A program made the position numbers and the translations under genes. A stretch of DNA of 64,000 nt, from NCBI GenBank assembly GCA_959605945.1, contig CAUHGY010000001.1, positions 3,413 to 67,412 on the forward strand, given 5' to 3'. The notes under the pieces were generated by a model. That model was not told the DNA's origin, did not search any database, and worked only from the letters and a program-made list of their open reading frames with translations. This document shows, in pieces, positions 37,923-47,146 of this stretch. The stretch's first letter is position 1, and the number at the start of each line of letters is the position of its first letter. Origin of the DNA: an uncultured Clostridia bacterium. Lineage in GTDB: Bacteria > Bacillota > Clostridia > Christensenellales > Borkfalkiaceae.

Positions 37923-38474
37923 ATGAAAGAGCAGTTGAAGGCAATGGGCCAAAGGCTTACGGAGTTAAGGGAAATAAACGGCGTTTCTGTCAAAGAAATT
38001 GCCGAAAGACTCAAAATGACCGAAGAAGAATATACCGCATATGAAAACGGCGACAGAGATTTTTCTTTCAGTTTCATGTTTAATGTTGCCACGATTTTCG
38101 GTGTTGACGTATTCAATCTGCTTTCAGGTAACTCTCCTAAATTGAGCGATTGCGCTGTAGTAAGGAAAGGGCAGGAATTTTTTATTAAAAAGGAAGGCTC
38201 ATATAACTACAAACATCTCGCTTATACGTTTAAGAATAAAAAAGCGGAACCGTTTTTCGTCGTGAGTATGCCGGGCGAGGAAGATACTGACCTTCACAGC
38301 CATGAAGGACAGGAATTTAATTTCGTTCTTTCCGGCAGCATGCTTTTCAAGATCGGAGATATGTCGTACGAATTGAATAAAGGCGACAGCGTTTATTTCA
38401 ATTCGTCGCTCAAACACGGCATAAAAGTGCTCGGCGACAAACCCGTTAAATTTCTTGCAGTCGTAATGAAATAA
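37923..38474 (+). CDS. XRE-family HTH plus cupin-domain transcriptional regulator
   Basis: N-terminal HTH (LTELREINGVSVKEIAERLKMTEEEYTAYENG). C-terminal cupin (HSHEGQEFNFVLSG...GDSVYFNSSLKHG). Confidence 0.8.
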   Translation: MKEQLKAMGQRLTELREINGVSVKEIAERLKMTEEEYTAYENGDRDFSFSFMFNVATIFGVDVFNLLSGNSPKLSDCAVVRKGQEFFIKKEGSYNYKHLAYTFKNKKAEPFFVVSMPGEEDTDLHSHEGQEFNFVLSGSMLFKIGDMSYELNKGDSVYFNSSLKHGIKVLGDKPVKFLAVVMK

Positions 38475-38502
38475 TTCAATTGACGCCGTTACGGAGTTAA
38501 AT

Positions 38503-40197
38503 ATGGTTATTTACGAAAAATATACGGGAAGAAACAGGGATTCATTTAAAGATTTAAAAGATTTAAGAGAAAACTTCAAAATAACGTACGGCGAAGATTT
38601 TAACTTTGCCTATGACGTGATGGATGTGTTGGCAAAAGAAAAACCGGACAAACTTGCCATGCTTTGGCTTTCCGATAAGAAAGAAGAAAAGCGTTTTACT
38701 TTTGCCGATATGAAATATTGGTCGGATAAAACCGCATGCTATCTCAAGAGCATGGGCATAAAGAAAGGGGACAAGGTCCTGCTTGTACTGAAGCGCAGCT
38801 ATTTATTTTGGTTTTGTATGCTTGCCATGCATAAAATAGGTGCGATACCCATTCAAGCGACCAATATGCTTGTGGGAAAAGACTTTACTTACCGATGTAA
38901 TAAAGCCGGTATACGTGCGGTCATCATTACCGGTGACGGCGATGTCAGCGAACATTTTGACACGGTTGAAGCTCAATGCACAACCGTAGAGATGAAATTT
39001 GTCACAAAACATAAGGATGCCGGAAAAGGCTGGATTGATTTTGAAAGCGGGCTTATGGCTGCATCGTCTGATTGGAAAAAACCTGTCGGAAAAGATGCTG
39101 TCAAAGCAAAAGACATTATGTTTATGGCGTTTTCGTCAGGCACAACGGGTTATCCCAAAATGATAATGCACGATTTTACTTATCCGTTAGGGCATATCGT
39201 GACGGGATTGTTCTGGCATCGCGTGGAAGACGGAGGACTTCACTTCACTATATCCGACACGGGGTGGCTGAAATCGCTTTGGGGTAAATTTTATGGACAA
39301 TGGTTCGGCGAATCGGCAATACTCGTGTACGATTTCAATAAATTTGACGGGGCCGATATATTGGATGTGCTGTCAAAATATAAAGTCACCACTTTCTGTG
39401 TTCCGCCTACCATGTATAGATTTATGCTGCAAAACGACGTCAAATCTTACGACCTGTCATCGCTTAAACATTGTTGTTCTGCGGGAGAGGCCCTCAATGC
39501 GGATATTTTTAACAAGTGGAAAGATGCTACCGGGTTGGAAATATACGAGGGATTCGGTCAGACCGAAACGACGCTTTGTCTCGGCACTCTTTACGGTTTT
39601 TCAAAGCCGATTTCGGGTTTTATAGGCAAACCCGTTGCGGGATACGATTTAATGGTGGCGGGAAAAGACGGTAAAGAATGTCTTCCCGGCGAAGCCGGAG
39701 AAATCTGCATAAAAGCAAGTCCGGAAAACAAACCGTGCGGTTTGATGTGCGGTTATTATAACGACGAAGAGTCAACTGCGTACAGTTGGCGCGGCGGGTG
39801 TTTCCATACGGGCGACACCGCATATGTAGACGAATACGGCAACTATAAATATATCGGTCGTAACGATGACGTCATAAAGTCGTCAGGATACCGCATCGGA
39901 CCTTTCGAAGTGGAAAGCGTTCTCATGGAACATCCCGCGGTTCTCGAAGTGGCCGTTACCGGAGTGCCTGACGAAAAAAGAGGTTTCAGCGTAAAGGCAA
40001 CGATAGTTCTTAAAAAAGGTTATGTTCCGAGCAGCGAGCTTGTTGTTGAGCTTCAAAATTACGTCAAAACAAACACGGCGCCTTATAAATATCCGCGAGT
40101 GGTGGAATTTGTAGAATCACTTCCAAAAACTATCAGCGGCAAAATAAGACGTACTGAAATACGTGAGAATGACATGTTGAAATACGGAAAAAAATAA
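38503..40197 (+). CDS. AMP-forming acyl-CoA synthetase, ACSM-like (paralog of 26767-28500)
   Basis: FSSGTTGYPK, EGFGQTET, FHTGD, GRNDDVIKSSGYRIGPFEVE, PKTISGKIRR. Roughly half the residues are identical to the first ligase by eye. Confidence 0.85.
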   Translation: MVIYEKYTGRNRDSFKDLKDLRENFKITYGEDFNFAYDVMDVLAKEKPDKLAMLWLSDKKEEKRFTFADMKYWSDKTACYLKSMGIKKGDKVLLVLKRSYLFWFCMLAMHKIGAIPIQATNMLVGKDFTYRCNKAGIRAVIITGDGDVSEHFDTVEAQCTTVEMKFVTKHKDAGKGWIDFESGLMAASSDWKKPVGKDAVKAKDIMFMAFSSGTTGYPKMIMHDFTYPLGHIVTGLFWHRVEDGGLHFTISDTGWLKSLWGKFYGQWFGESAILVYDFNKFDGADILDVLSKYKVTTFCVPPTMYRFMLQNDVKSYDLSSLKHCCSAGEALNADIFNKWKDATGLEIYEGFGQTETTLCLGTLYGFSKPISGFIGKPVAGYDLMVAGKDGKECLPGEAGEICIKASPENKPCGLMCGYYNDEESTAYSWRGGCFHTGDTAYVDEYGNYKYIGRNDDVIKSSGYRIGPFEVESVLMEHPAVLEVAVTGVPDEKRGFSVKATIVLKKGYVPSSELVVELQNYVKTNTAPYKYPRVVEFVESLPKTISGKIRRTEIRENDMLKYGKK

Positions 40198-40203
40198 ATA
40201 TCG

Positions 40204-40230
40204 GCCGCCATATATGGCGGCTGTATTTTT
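40204..40230 (+). terminator. Rho-independent terminator ending T-box operon 2
   Basis: Palindrome GCCGCCATATATGGCGGC followed by TGTATTTTT. Confidence 0.75.
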
Positions 40231-40269
40231 ATAAGTTTTGATTTTTCAGATATAAATTTATTTTTTTGC

Positions 40270-40298
40270 TTGACATATATTTTATAATATGCTACTAT
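40270..40298 (+). promoter_or_regulatory. Sigma-70-type promoter of the his operon
   Basis: TTGACA (40270-40275), 17-nt spacer, TACTAT (40293-40298). Confidence 0.6.
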
Positions 40299-40390
40299 AT
40301 TAGCGTGTTAAAGTGATAAAGCAAATGACGATGCAAGGAAAGACATAAGAGAGTTCAAGCATTTAATAAGAATAGCAGGTAATAACAGTC

Positions 40391-41485
40391 ATGGAAATTA
40401 AAAACAAATTACTCACCGGAGAAGAAAAAATTTCTTTTCGTTTAAGAAGCCTTTATGCGGGTTTCGGCTATTCATGTTTTAAGATGAGTAAATTCGAAGA
40501 ATACGATCTGTACAGTCGGAACAAAGATTTTCTTGTTTCCGACAGGGTGCTTACGTTTACAGATACTGACGGAAAACTTATGGCCTTAAAACCCGACGTT
40601 ACGTTATCGATTGTAAAAAATTACGACGGAACGGCCGGCGATGTACAGCGTGTTTACTATAATGAAAACGTTTACAGAGTATCGGAGAACACAAAAAAGT
40701 ATAAAGAGATTATGCAGGCGGGTCTCGAATGTATCGGCGCCCTGACAGATTATAATCTTTTCGAGGTTCTGTTTCTTGCCGCAGAAAGTCTTAATGTTAT
40801 ATCCGAGAGAAGTGTTCTTATATTGTCGCATCTCGGCGTTATATCCGCAATTTTGGAAAAAGTCGGATGCGCTGAAGATGAGCTTCTTTTAAATATTTCG
40901 GAAAAAAATCTCCACGGAGTGGATGAAATATGCAAACGATGCGCTATCGACGGAAGTATTTATGAGATTCTGAAGCTTGTAACCGCATCTTCCTGGGAAG
41001 CGGATGATATATTGCAGAAATTAAGAAAACTTTCTTCCGATAAACTTCTTTTAAAATCTCTTGACGAAATAGAACGTGCGGCACGGTTTTTAAAATCCAA
41101 TTCAAAAGTGCCGGTACGCGTGGATTTTTCCGTAGTAAATGATATGAATTACTATAACGGTCTTGTTTTCAGAGGATATGTCAAAGAAATTCCCGCGCGT
41201 GTTCTTAGCGGCGGACAATACGATAAACTTATGGATAAAATGTCCAAAAATGCCAAAGCTGCAGGTTTTGCCGTTTATCTCGACCTTGCGGAAAGATTAA
41301 AGACCGAAGATTATCCCGATGTTGACGCCGTTCTGCTTTATGACGAGAACATCGACGCGGAAGACATAATTAAAGAAGTAAAAAAATACAGAGAAGCAGG
41401 CAAAAGCGTTGCGGTTTGCGCTGACGTACCGAATAAAATAACCTTTGGGGAAATTATTCGTATAAGCGAGAAAAAATTATCATGA
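40391..41485 (+). CDS. hisZ: ATP phosphoribosyltransferase regulatory subunit
   Basis: HisRS-like catalytic-core paralog without an anticodon-binding domain. Directly precedes a short-form hisG. Confidence 0.85.
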   Translation: MEIKNKLLTGEEKISFRLRSLYAGFGYSCFKMSKFEEYDLYSRNKDFLVSDRVLTFTDTDGKLMALKPDVTLSIVKNYDGTAGDVQRVYYNENVYRVSENTKKYKEIMQAGLECIGALTDYNLFEVLFLAAESLNVISERSVLILSHLGVISAILEKVGCAEDELLLNISEKNLHGVDEICKRCAIDGSIYEILKLVTASSWEADDILQKLRKLSSDKLLLKSLDEIERAARFLKSNSKVPVRVDFSVVNDMNYYNGLVFRGYVKEIPARVLSGGQYDKLMDKMSKNAKAAGFAVYLDLAERLKTEDYPDVDAVLLYDENIDAEDIIKEVKKYREAGKSVAVCADVPNKITFGEIIRISEKKLS

Positions 41486-42138
41486 AAGAGATATTGAACG
41501 TTGCTCTTCCCAAGGGGAGACTTGGAGAAAAAGTATATAAACTTTTTGAAAAATCAGGATATTCCTGTCCGGAAATATTAGATTCATCCACAAGAAAGCT
41601 TATATTTGAAAATCCGGAAAAAGGTATAAGATATTTTTGGGTTAAACCTTCCGATGTAAGCATATATGTTGAACGCGGAGCGGCCGATATAGGAATTGCG
41701 GGTAAAGATATTCTGATGGAATATAAACCGCGGGTTTTTGAATTGCTCGATCTGAAACTCGGTAAATGCCGCCTTGCGGTTGCCGCAAAAAAAGGTTTTA
41801 GGGACAAACGTGAATATACCCTTCGTGTGGCTACAAAATTTCCAAATATAACTACGGAATACTACGCCGAAAAATGCCGCGATGTCGACATAATAAAACT
41901 CAACGGATCTATAGAACTTGCACCTATTCTTAATTTGTCGGATGTTATATTGGATATAGTCGAAACAGGCACTACTCTTTTGGAAAATAATCTTGAACCT
42001 ATCGAGAAAGTAGCTGACGTTTCCGCAAGGCTTATCGCAAATACCGCGTCGTTTCAGTTTAAAAACGGAGAAATAACCGAAATACTTGACAATCTGAGAA
42101 AATATACGGAGGGAAGCGGCGTTGATAAAAATTTTTAA
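41482..42138 (+). CDS. hisG: ATP phosphoribosyltransferase, short form
   Basis: 218 aa. LALPKGRL-type N-terminus (VALPKGRLGE), DIVETGTTL. Confidence 0.92.
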   Translation: MKEILNVALPKGRLGEKVYKLFEKSGYSCPEILDSSTRKLIFENPEKGIRYFWVKPSDVSIYVERGAADIGIAGKDILMEYKPRVFELLDLKLGKCRLAVAAKKGFRDKREYTLRVATKFPNITTEYYAEKCRDVDIIKLNGSIELAPILNLSDVILDIVETGTTLLENNLEPIEKVADVSARLIANTASFQFKNGEITEILDNLRKYTEGSGVDKNF

Positions 42139-43399
42139 AACAGAAGACGGAAATTACGGCGGAATATTTGAGAGAGCAGACTTAAAAAGCAGTGTAGGAA
42201 ATGCCGTTTCCGAAATAATTGAAAACGTCAGAAAAAACGGAGACAAAGCCCTTTTTGAATATACGGAGAAATTCGACGGCGTAAAACTTACTTCTCTTAA
42301 AGTGGAAAAAGAAGAAATAGACGAGGCAATTAACCTTTCGGATAAAGGCTTTCAGGAAGTGCTTAAAAGCGCGGCTGCGAATATAAGAGCATTCCATGAA
42401 GAGCAAAGACGGCAAGGTTTTTCCTTCGTGAATGCCGACGGTATAACAGTGGGGCAGAAAATAATTCCTATTGAAAGAGTCGGAGTATATGTTCCCGGCG
42501 GCACGGCGGCGTATCCTTCTACCGTACTGATGGATGTTATACCCGCAAAAATTGCCGGGTGCAACAAGATAGTTATGGTGTCTCCGCCCGACAAAAACGG
42601 AAAGATTGCGCCGGAGATTCTTGTTGCCGCCTTTATTGCAGGCGTGGACGAAATATATAAGATAGGCGGTGCTCAGGCAATAGCGGCGCTCGCTTACGGC
42701 ACGAAAAGCGTTCCTGCAGTTTATAAAATAGTCGGACCCGGAAACGCTTATGTTGCGGAAGCTAAAAGGCAGGTTTTCGGACAAGTTTCAATAGATATGA
42801 TAGCGGGACCGAGCGAAATTTTAATTGTATCGGACGATAAAACATCTCCGCAATGCGTTGCCGCCGATTTGCTTTCACAGGCGGAACACGATAAAAACGC
42901 GAGCGCGGTGCTGGTTACCGACAGTTATGATTTTGCGCTTAAAGTGAGCGAGGCGATTGAAACGAGAATAAACTCGCTTTCACGCAGAGATATTGCACGC
43001 GCATCGATAGATAATAACGGAAAAATTATTGTCGTTGAAAATATTCTAAAGGCAATTGAAATCGCAAACGAACTTGCCCCCGAACATCTTGAATTGTGTA
43101 TTGACGACGCCATGGAGTATCTGCCGTTCGTTAAAAACGCAGGTTCGGTATTCATCGGCAGATATACTCCCGAGGCGTTGGGAGATTATTATGCAGGTCC
43201 TAATCATACGCTGCCTACGAGCGGTACTGCGAAATTTTCCAGCCCGCTTTCGGTAGACGATTTTATTAAAAAAACTCAGTTTATTTGTGCTACGGAAGGC
43301 GCCGTAAAAAACGTTGCCGCAAACGTTGCGCTCTTTGCCCGCAGAGAAGGTCTTACCGCGCATGCGGAAAGTGCGGAAATCAGATTGGAGAAGTTTTAA
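42122..43399 (+). CDS. hisD: Histidinol dehydrogenase
   Basis: TTG start. Blocks YVPGGTAAYPSTVLM, IAGPSEI, QAEHD, GDYYAGPNHTLPT. Confidence 0.93.
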   Translation: MIKIFKTEDGNYGGIFERADLKSSVGNAVSEIIENVRKNGDKALFEYTEKFDGVKLTSLKVEKEEIDEAINLSDKGFQEVLKSAAANIRAFHEEQRRQGFSFVNADGITVGQKIIPIERVGVYVPGGTAAYPSTVLMDVIPAKIAGCNKIVMVSPPDKNGKIAPEILVAAFIAGVDEIYKIGGAQAIAALAYGTKSVPAVYKIVGPGNAYVAEAKRQVFGQVSIDMIAGPSEILIVSDDKTSPQCVAADLLSQAEHDKNASAVLVTDSYDFALKVSEAIETRINSLSRRDIARASIDNNGKIIVVENILKAIEIANELAPEHLELCIDDAMEYLPFVKNAGSVFIGRYTPEALGDYYAGPNHTLPTSGTAKFSSPLSVDDFIKKTQFICATEGAVKNVAANVALFARREGLTAHAESAEIRLEKF

Positions 43400-43400
43400 T

Positions 43401-44465
43401 ATGGGGCGATTTTTCAGCGGAAGGTTTAAATTCCTCAAAGAATATGTTCCCGGAGAACAGCCAAAGGACAGAAATTATATCAAACTAAACACAAATGAAA
43501 GTCCGTTTCCGCCGTCCGACGGGGTCAAGAAAGCTGTAGAAAAACAGATAAACAGTCTTAATTTATATTCGGATCCCGAAAGCGCCGTGCTTACTAAAAC
43601 CGTGGCGGATTATTACGGGATTGAAAGCGAAAAAGTTCTTATGACGAACGGTTCGGATGAAATACTGAATTACGCATTCGCTGCATTCGGAGGAAAACGT
43701 AAATTCATTTTTCCTGACATAACTTACGGTTTTTATCCGGTATTTGCGCAAATCAACCGCACGTCTTATAAGACGGTACCTCTTCGCGCCGATTTTTCAA
43801 TAAATATAAAAGATTATATCGGAGGCGGCGCTAACATTGTCATTGCGAATCCTAATGCCCCTACGGGACTTGTCTTGCAAAAGCAGGATGTGGAAAAAAT
43901 CGTTAAAGGAAATCCTGACGGCGTTGTTATAATAGATGAGGCGTATATAGACTTCGGGGGAGAAAGTTGTTTAAGCCTTATCGATGAATACGATAATATT
44001 TTAGTAACCCGCACGTTTTCAAAATCTTTTTCACTTGCCGGAGCAAGATTGGGTTTCGGCGCCGGTTCGGCAGAACTTATCAGAGATTTGAAAAAAATAA
44101 AATATTCCACCAACCCTTATAATGTTAACAGTTTGAGCGCCGCGGCAGGAATAGCAGCGCTAAACGATGCGGAATATTATATGAAAAATTGTAACGAAAT
44201 AAAGCGCGTAAGAGAAAAATATAAAAAACAACTCATCGAATGCGGTTTTTCGGTTACAGATTCCGGCGCTAATTTTCTCTTTGCCGAAAGCGCCGATATA
44301 AACGGCGAAACGCTTTATTTAAAGCTCAAGGAAAACGGAGTGCTTGTAAGACATTTTTCTGCGGACAGAATATCTAACCGTATAAGAATAACAGTCGGAA
44401 CAGACGCACAGATGCAGCGCTTTACGGAAACTGTGGATAAAATCATAAGGAGAAATAATAAATGA
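43401..44465 (+). CDS. hisC: Histidinol-phosphate aminotransferase
   Basis: ATG 1 nt after the hisD stop. LNTNESPFPP, DEAYIDF, RTFSKSFSLAGARLGF. Confidence 0.92.
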   Translation: MGRFFSGRFKFLKEYVPGEQPKDRNYIKLNTNESPFPPSDGVKKAVEKQINSLNLYSDPESAVLTKTVADYYGIESEKVLMTNGSDEILNYAFAAFGGKRKFIFPDITYGFYPVFAQINRTSYKTVPLRADFSINIKDYIGGGANIVIANPNAPTGLVLQKQDVEKIVKGNPDGVVIIDEAYIDFGGESCLSLIDEYDNILVTRTFSKSFSLAGARLGFGAGSAELIRDLKKIKYSTNPYNVNSLSAAAGIAALNDAEYYMKNCNEIKRVREKYKKQLIECGFSVTDSGANFLFAESADINGETLYLKLKENGVLVRHFSADRISNRIRITVGTDAQMQRFTETVDKIIRRNNK

Positions 44466-45049
44466 GAACGAGTAAGATAGAAAGGAATACTAACGAGACA
44501 AAAATTTCGCTTTATCTCGCAATAGACGGAAAAGGTAAATCGGAAATTCAGAGCGGGTGCGGATTTCTTGATCATATGCTGACCCTTTTTGCTGCGCACG
44601 GCAATTTTGATATAAAGTTGCTGTGTCAAGGAGACACCGATGTGGACTATCATCACACTGTGGAAGATATAGGCATCTGTTTGGGAAAGGCATTTTCCGA
44701 ATGTCTCGGAGACAAAAAAGGCATAGAACGCTATGGCGATAAGACCATTCCCATGGATGAAGCATTGATCATGACTGCCGTGGATTTTTCCGGCAGACCG
44801 TTTTTAAATTTCGACGTGGAATTTTACAGCGAAAAAATCGGAAATTTCGATACGGAACTTATACGGGAATTTTTTGCGGGATTTGTACGTTCTGCCGGAA
44901 TGAATCTTCATGTAGTTCAAATAGCGGGAGAAAATTCTCACCACATAGCCGAAGGTATTTTCAAATCTGCGGCGCGCAGCATCGCTGCCGCCTGCAGTTT
45001 ATGTGATAAGAACGCAGGGAAGATACCGTCTACGAAGGGAGTTTTATAA
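44462..45049 (+). CDS. hisB: Imidazoleglycerol-phosphate dehydratase
   Basis: RNTNETKI, DYHHTVEDIG, NSHHIAEGIFK. Confidence 0.94.
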   Translation: MRTSKIERNTNETKISLYLAIDGKGKSEIQSGCGFLDHMLTLFAAHGNFDIKLLCQGDTDVDYHHTVEDIGICLGKAFSECLGDKKGIERYGDKTIPMDEALIMTAVDFSGRPFLNFDVEFYSEKIGNFDTELIREFFAGFVRSAGMNLHVVQIAGENSHHIAEGIFKSAARSIAAACSLCDKNAGKIPSTKGVL

Positions 45050-45054
45050 AGCAA

Positions 45055-45678
45055 ATGGTAACCATAATAGATTATGGAGTAGGCAATCTTTATTCTTTGA
45101 AAAGTTCGTTTGATTTTATAGGGCAGAAAATTAAAGTGAGCGGGGATATAAACGATATTATGATTGCCGAAAAGCTTGTTTTGCCCGGGGTAGGGGCTTT
45201 CGGCGATGCCGCTAAAAAACTGAGCGAAAAGGGCATGGATCTTGCCGTAAAAGAGAAAGCGGCCGCCGGCATTCCCGTACTGGGAATTTGTCTCGGAATG
45301 CAACTTTTTTTCGATTACAGTACAGAATACGGCATACATAAAGGATTGTCGCTTATCGATGGCTGCATAGAACCGATAGGAAACATTATACCGGAAGGAT
45401 TAAAAATACCGCATATCGGCTGGAATTCGTTACAATTCAAAAAAAAACATCCGGTTTTCCGTAATATTACGGACGGTGAATACGTTTATTTTGTACATTC
45501 TTTTTATGCAAAACCGAAAAATTTATCGGATGTAGCCGCAACATGCAATTACGGGGCAGATTTAACCGCCGCAGTTGCTCATAAAAATATCGTCGGATGT
45601 CAGTTCCACCCGGAAAAAAGCGGTAAGACGGGTCTGAATATACTGAAAGGTTTTTGCGAATGGGATGGTGAAATATGA
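45055..45678 (+). CDS. hisH: Imidazole glycerol phosphate synthase, glutaminase subunit
   Basis: LPGVGAFG, ICLGMQ (catalytic Cys), QFHPEKS. Confidence 0.94.
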   Translation: MVTIIDYGVGNLYSLKSSFDFIGQKIKVSGDINDIMIAEKLVLPGVGAFGDAAKKLSEKGMDLAVKEKAAAGIPVLGICLGMQLFFDYSTEYGIHKGLSLIDGCIEPIGNIIPEGLKIPHIGWNSLQFKKKHPVFRNITDGEYVYFVHSFYAKPKNLSDVAATCNYGADLTAAVAHKNIVGCQFHPEKSGKTGLNILKGFCEWDGEI

Positions 45679-46388
45679 AAATTTTTCCGGCAATAGATAT
45701 ATTTGACGGTAAAGCCGTGCGCCTTTATAAAGGAAATTACAATAGTATGACCATTTACAGCAGCGATCCCGTCGGGGTAAGCGAGCGTTTTAAGGAATCA
45801 GGAGCGGAATATATTCATGTGGTAGATTTGCAGGGGGCAAAAGACGGTGAAAGCAAAAATTTGCATATCGTTGAAGAAATAATAAAAAAAACAGCTCTTT
45901 TTGTGCAAATTGGCGGCGGAATACGGAATATGGATTCAATAAAGAGATGTTTGGACGCGGGTGTTTCTCGTGTTATTCTCGGGACTTCGGCAGTGACGGA
46001 CGAAAAGTTTCTGGCAACCGCAATTTCGGAATATAATGATAAAATAGCCGTGGGGGCAGACATTAAAGACGGCTATGTAGCTATAAAGGGCTGGACGGAA
46101 AACAGTGCGCTCTCATATGATGAATTTTTTGAAAAGATGGTTGATGTCGGCGTTAAAACAATGATTTGTACGGATATTTCGCGTGACGGAGCTATGAAAG
46201 GAACAAATCTCGGATTGTATGGAGAGTTGAAAAAATATAAAGAGATCAATGTTATAGCTTCAGGCGGCGTTTCATCGCTTGACGATGTTACGGCATTAAA
46301 AAATATCGGTGTTTACGGAGCCATAATAGGAAAAGCATACTATACCGGCGCTGTCGATCTTAAAAAAGCCATTGAGGTGGCAAAATGA
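45675..46388 (+). CDS. hisA: ProFAR isomerase
   Basis: IFPAIDI..GK.VRL, VVDL.GA, QIGGGIR, ASGGVSS. Confidence 0.93.
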   Translation: MKIFPAIDIFDGKAVRLYKGNYNSMTIYSSDPVGVSERFKESGAEYIHVVDLQGAKDGESKNLHIVEEIIKKTALFVQIGGGIRNMDSIKRCLDAGVSRVILGTSAVTDEKFLATAISEYNDKIAVGADIKDGYVAIKGWTENSALSYDEFFEKMVDVGVKTMICTDISRDGAMKGTNLGLYGELKKYKEINVIASGGVSSLDDVTALKNIGVYGAIIGKAYYTGAVDLKKAIEVAK

Positions 46389-47143
46389 TAACAAAACGCA
46401 TAATCCCGTGTCTCGACGTTAAAGACGGTAAGGTAGTAAAAGGGGTTAACTTTGAAAATTTAAATGAGGTGTCTTCTCCTGTAGAGCTTGCGGCGTATTA
46501 CAGTGACGGAGGAGCAGACGAATTGGTATTTTATGATATCACCGCATCCTATGAAGGCAGAGCGCTTTTTACGGACATTTTAAAAAAAGTCGCTTCGCGC
46601 ATATTTATTCCGCTTACTGTCGGCGGCGGCATAAACGACGTCAGCGATTTTGAAAGAGTTTTAAAATGCGGGGCCGACAAGGTCAGCGTGAATTCCGGCG
46701 CTATAAAAAATCCGTTCATGATCCGAGATGCTGCTGCCAAATACGGCAGCCAGTGCGTTGTTATATCCGTAGACATTAAACGGGTTAACGGTATTTTTAC
46801 CGTTTTTTCAAAAGGCGGAAGAATAAATACCGGTATGGAGGCGATAGGCTGGATAAAGAAATGCGTCGGCCTCGGAGCCGGTGAGGTTGTTGTGAACTCT
46901 ATTGATACCGACGGCGTCCGGAAGGGATTCGATATTGAAATGTTATCAGCCGTGGCGGATGCCGTTGATGTCCCGGTGATAGCTTCCGGCGGAGCCGGTT
47001 CTGCAGATGATTTTGTCGAACTTTTTCGCAACGTGCCTAAGATAGATGCTGGCCTTGCCGCATCGGTGTTCCACTTCGGCCAGATTAAAATAAATGAACT
47101 TAAACATAAACTTCGTAAAAACAATATTCCTGTGAGGTTATGA
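46385..47143 (+). CDS. hisF: Imidazole glycerol phosphate synthase, cyclase subunit
   Basis: RIIPCLDVKDGKVVKG, TVGGGI, KVSVNSGA, ASGGAG. Confidence 0.94.
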   Translation: MITKRIIPCLDVKDGKVVKGVNFENLNEVSSPVELAAYYSDGGADELVFYDITASYEGRALFTDILKKVASRIFIPLTVGGGINDVSDFERVLKCGADKVSVNSGAIKNPFMIRDAAAKYGSQCVVISVDIKRVNGIFTVFSKGGRINTGMEAIGWIKKCVGLGAGEVVVNSIDTDGVRKGFDIEMLSAVADAVDVPVIASGGAGSADDFVELFRNVPKIDAGLAASVFHFGQIKINELKHKLRKNNIPVRL

Positions 47144-47146
47144 TCT

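Noticed and set aside
26453-40230. The T-box/ligase/OFOR locus as a mobile genomic island
   Set aside because: I saw no integrase, transposase, flanking direct or inverted repeats, or adjacent tRNA gene. By eye the composition matches the surrounding genes.
40198-40390. Possible His T-box or attenuator in the his leader
   Set aside because: No AGAGA/GGUGNRA/UGGUACCGCG elements, no His-codon-rich leader peptide, and the UTR is too short for a T-box.
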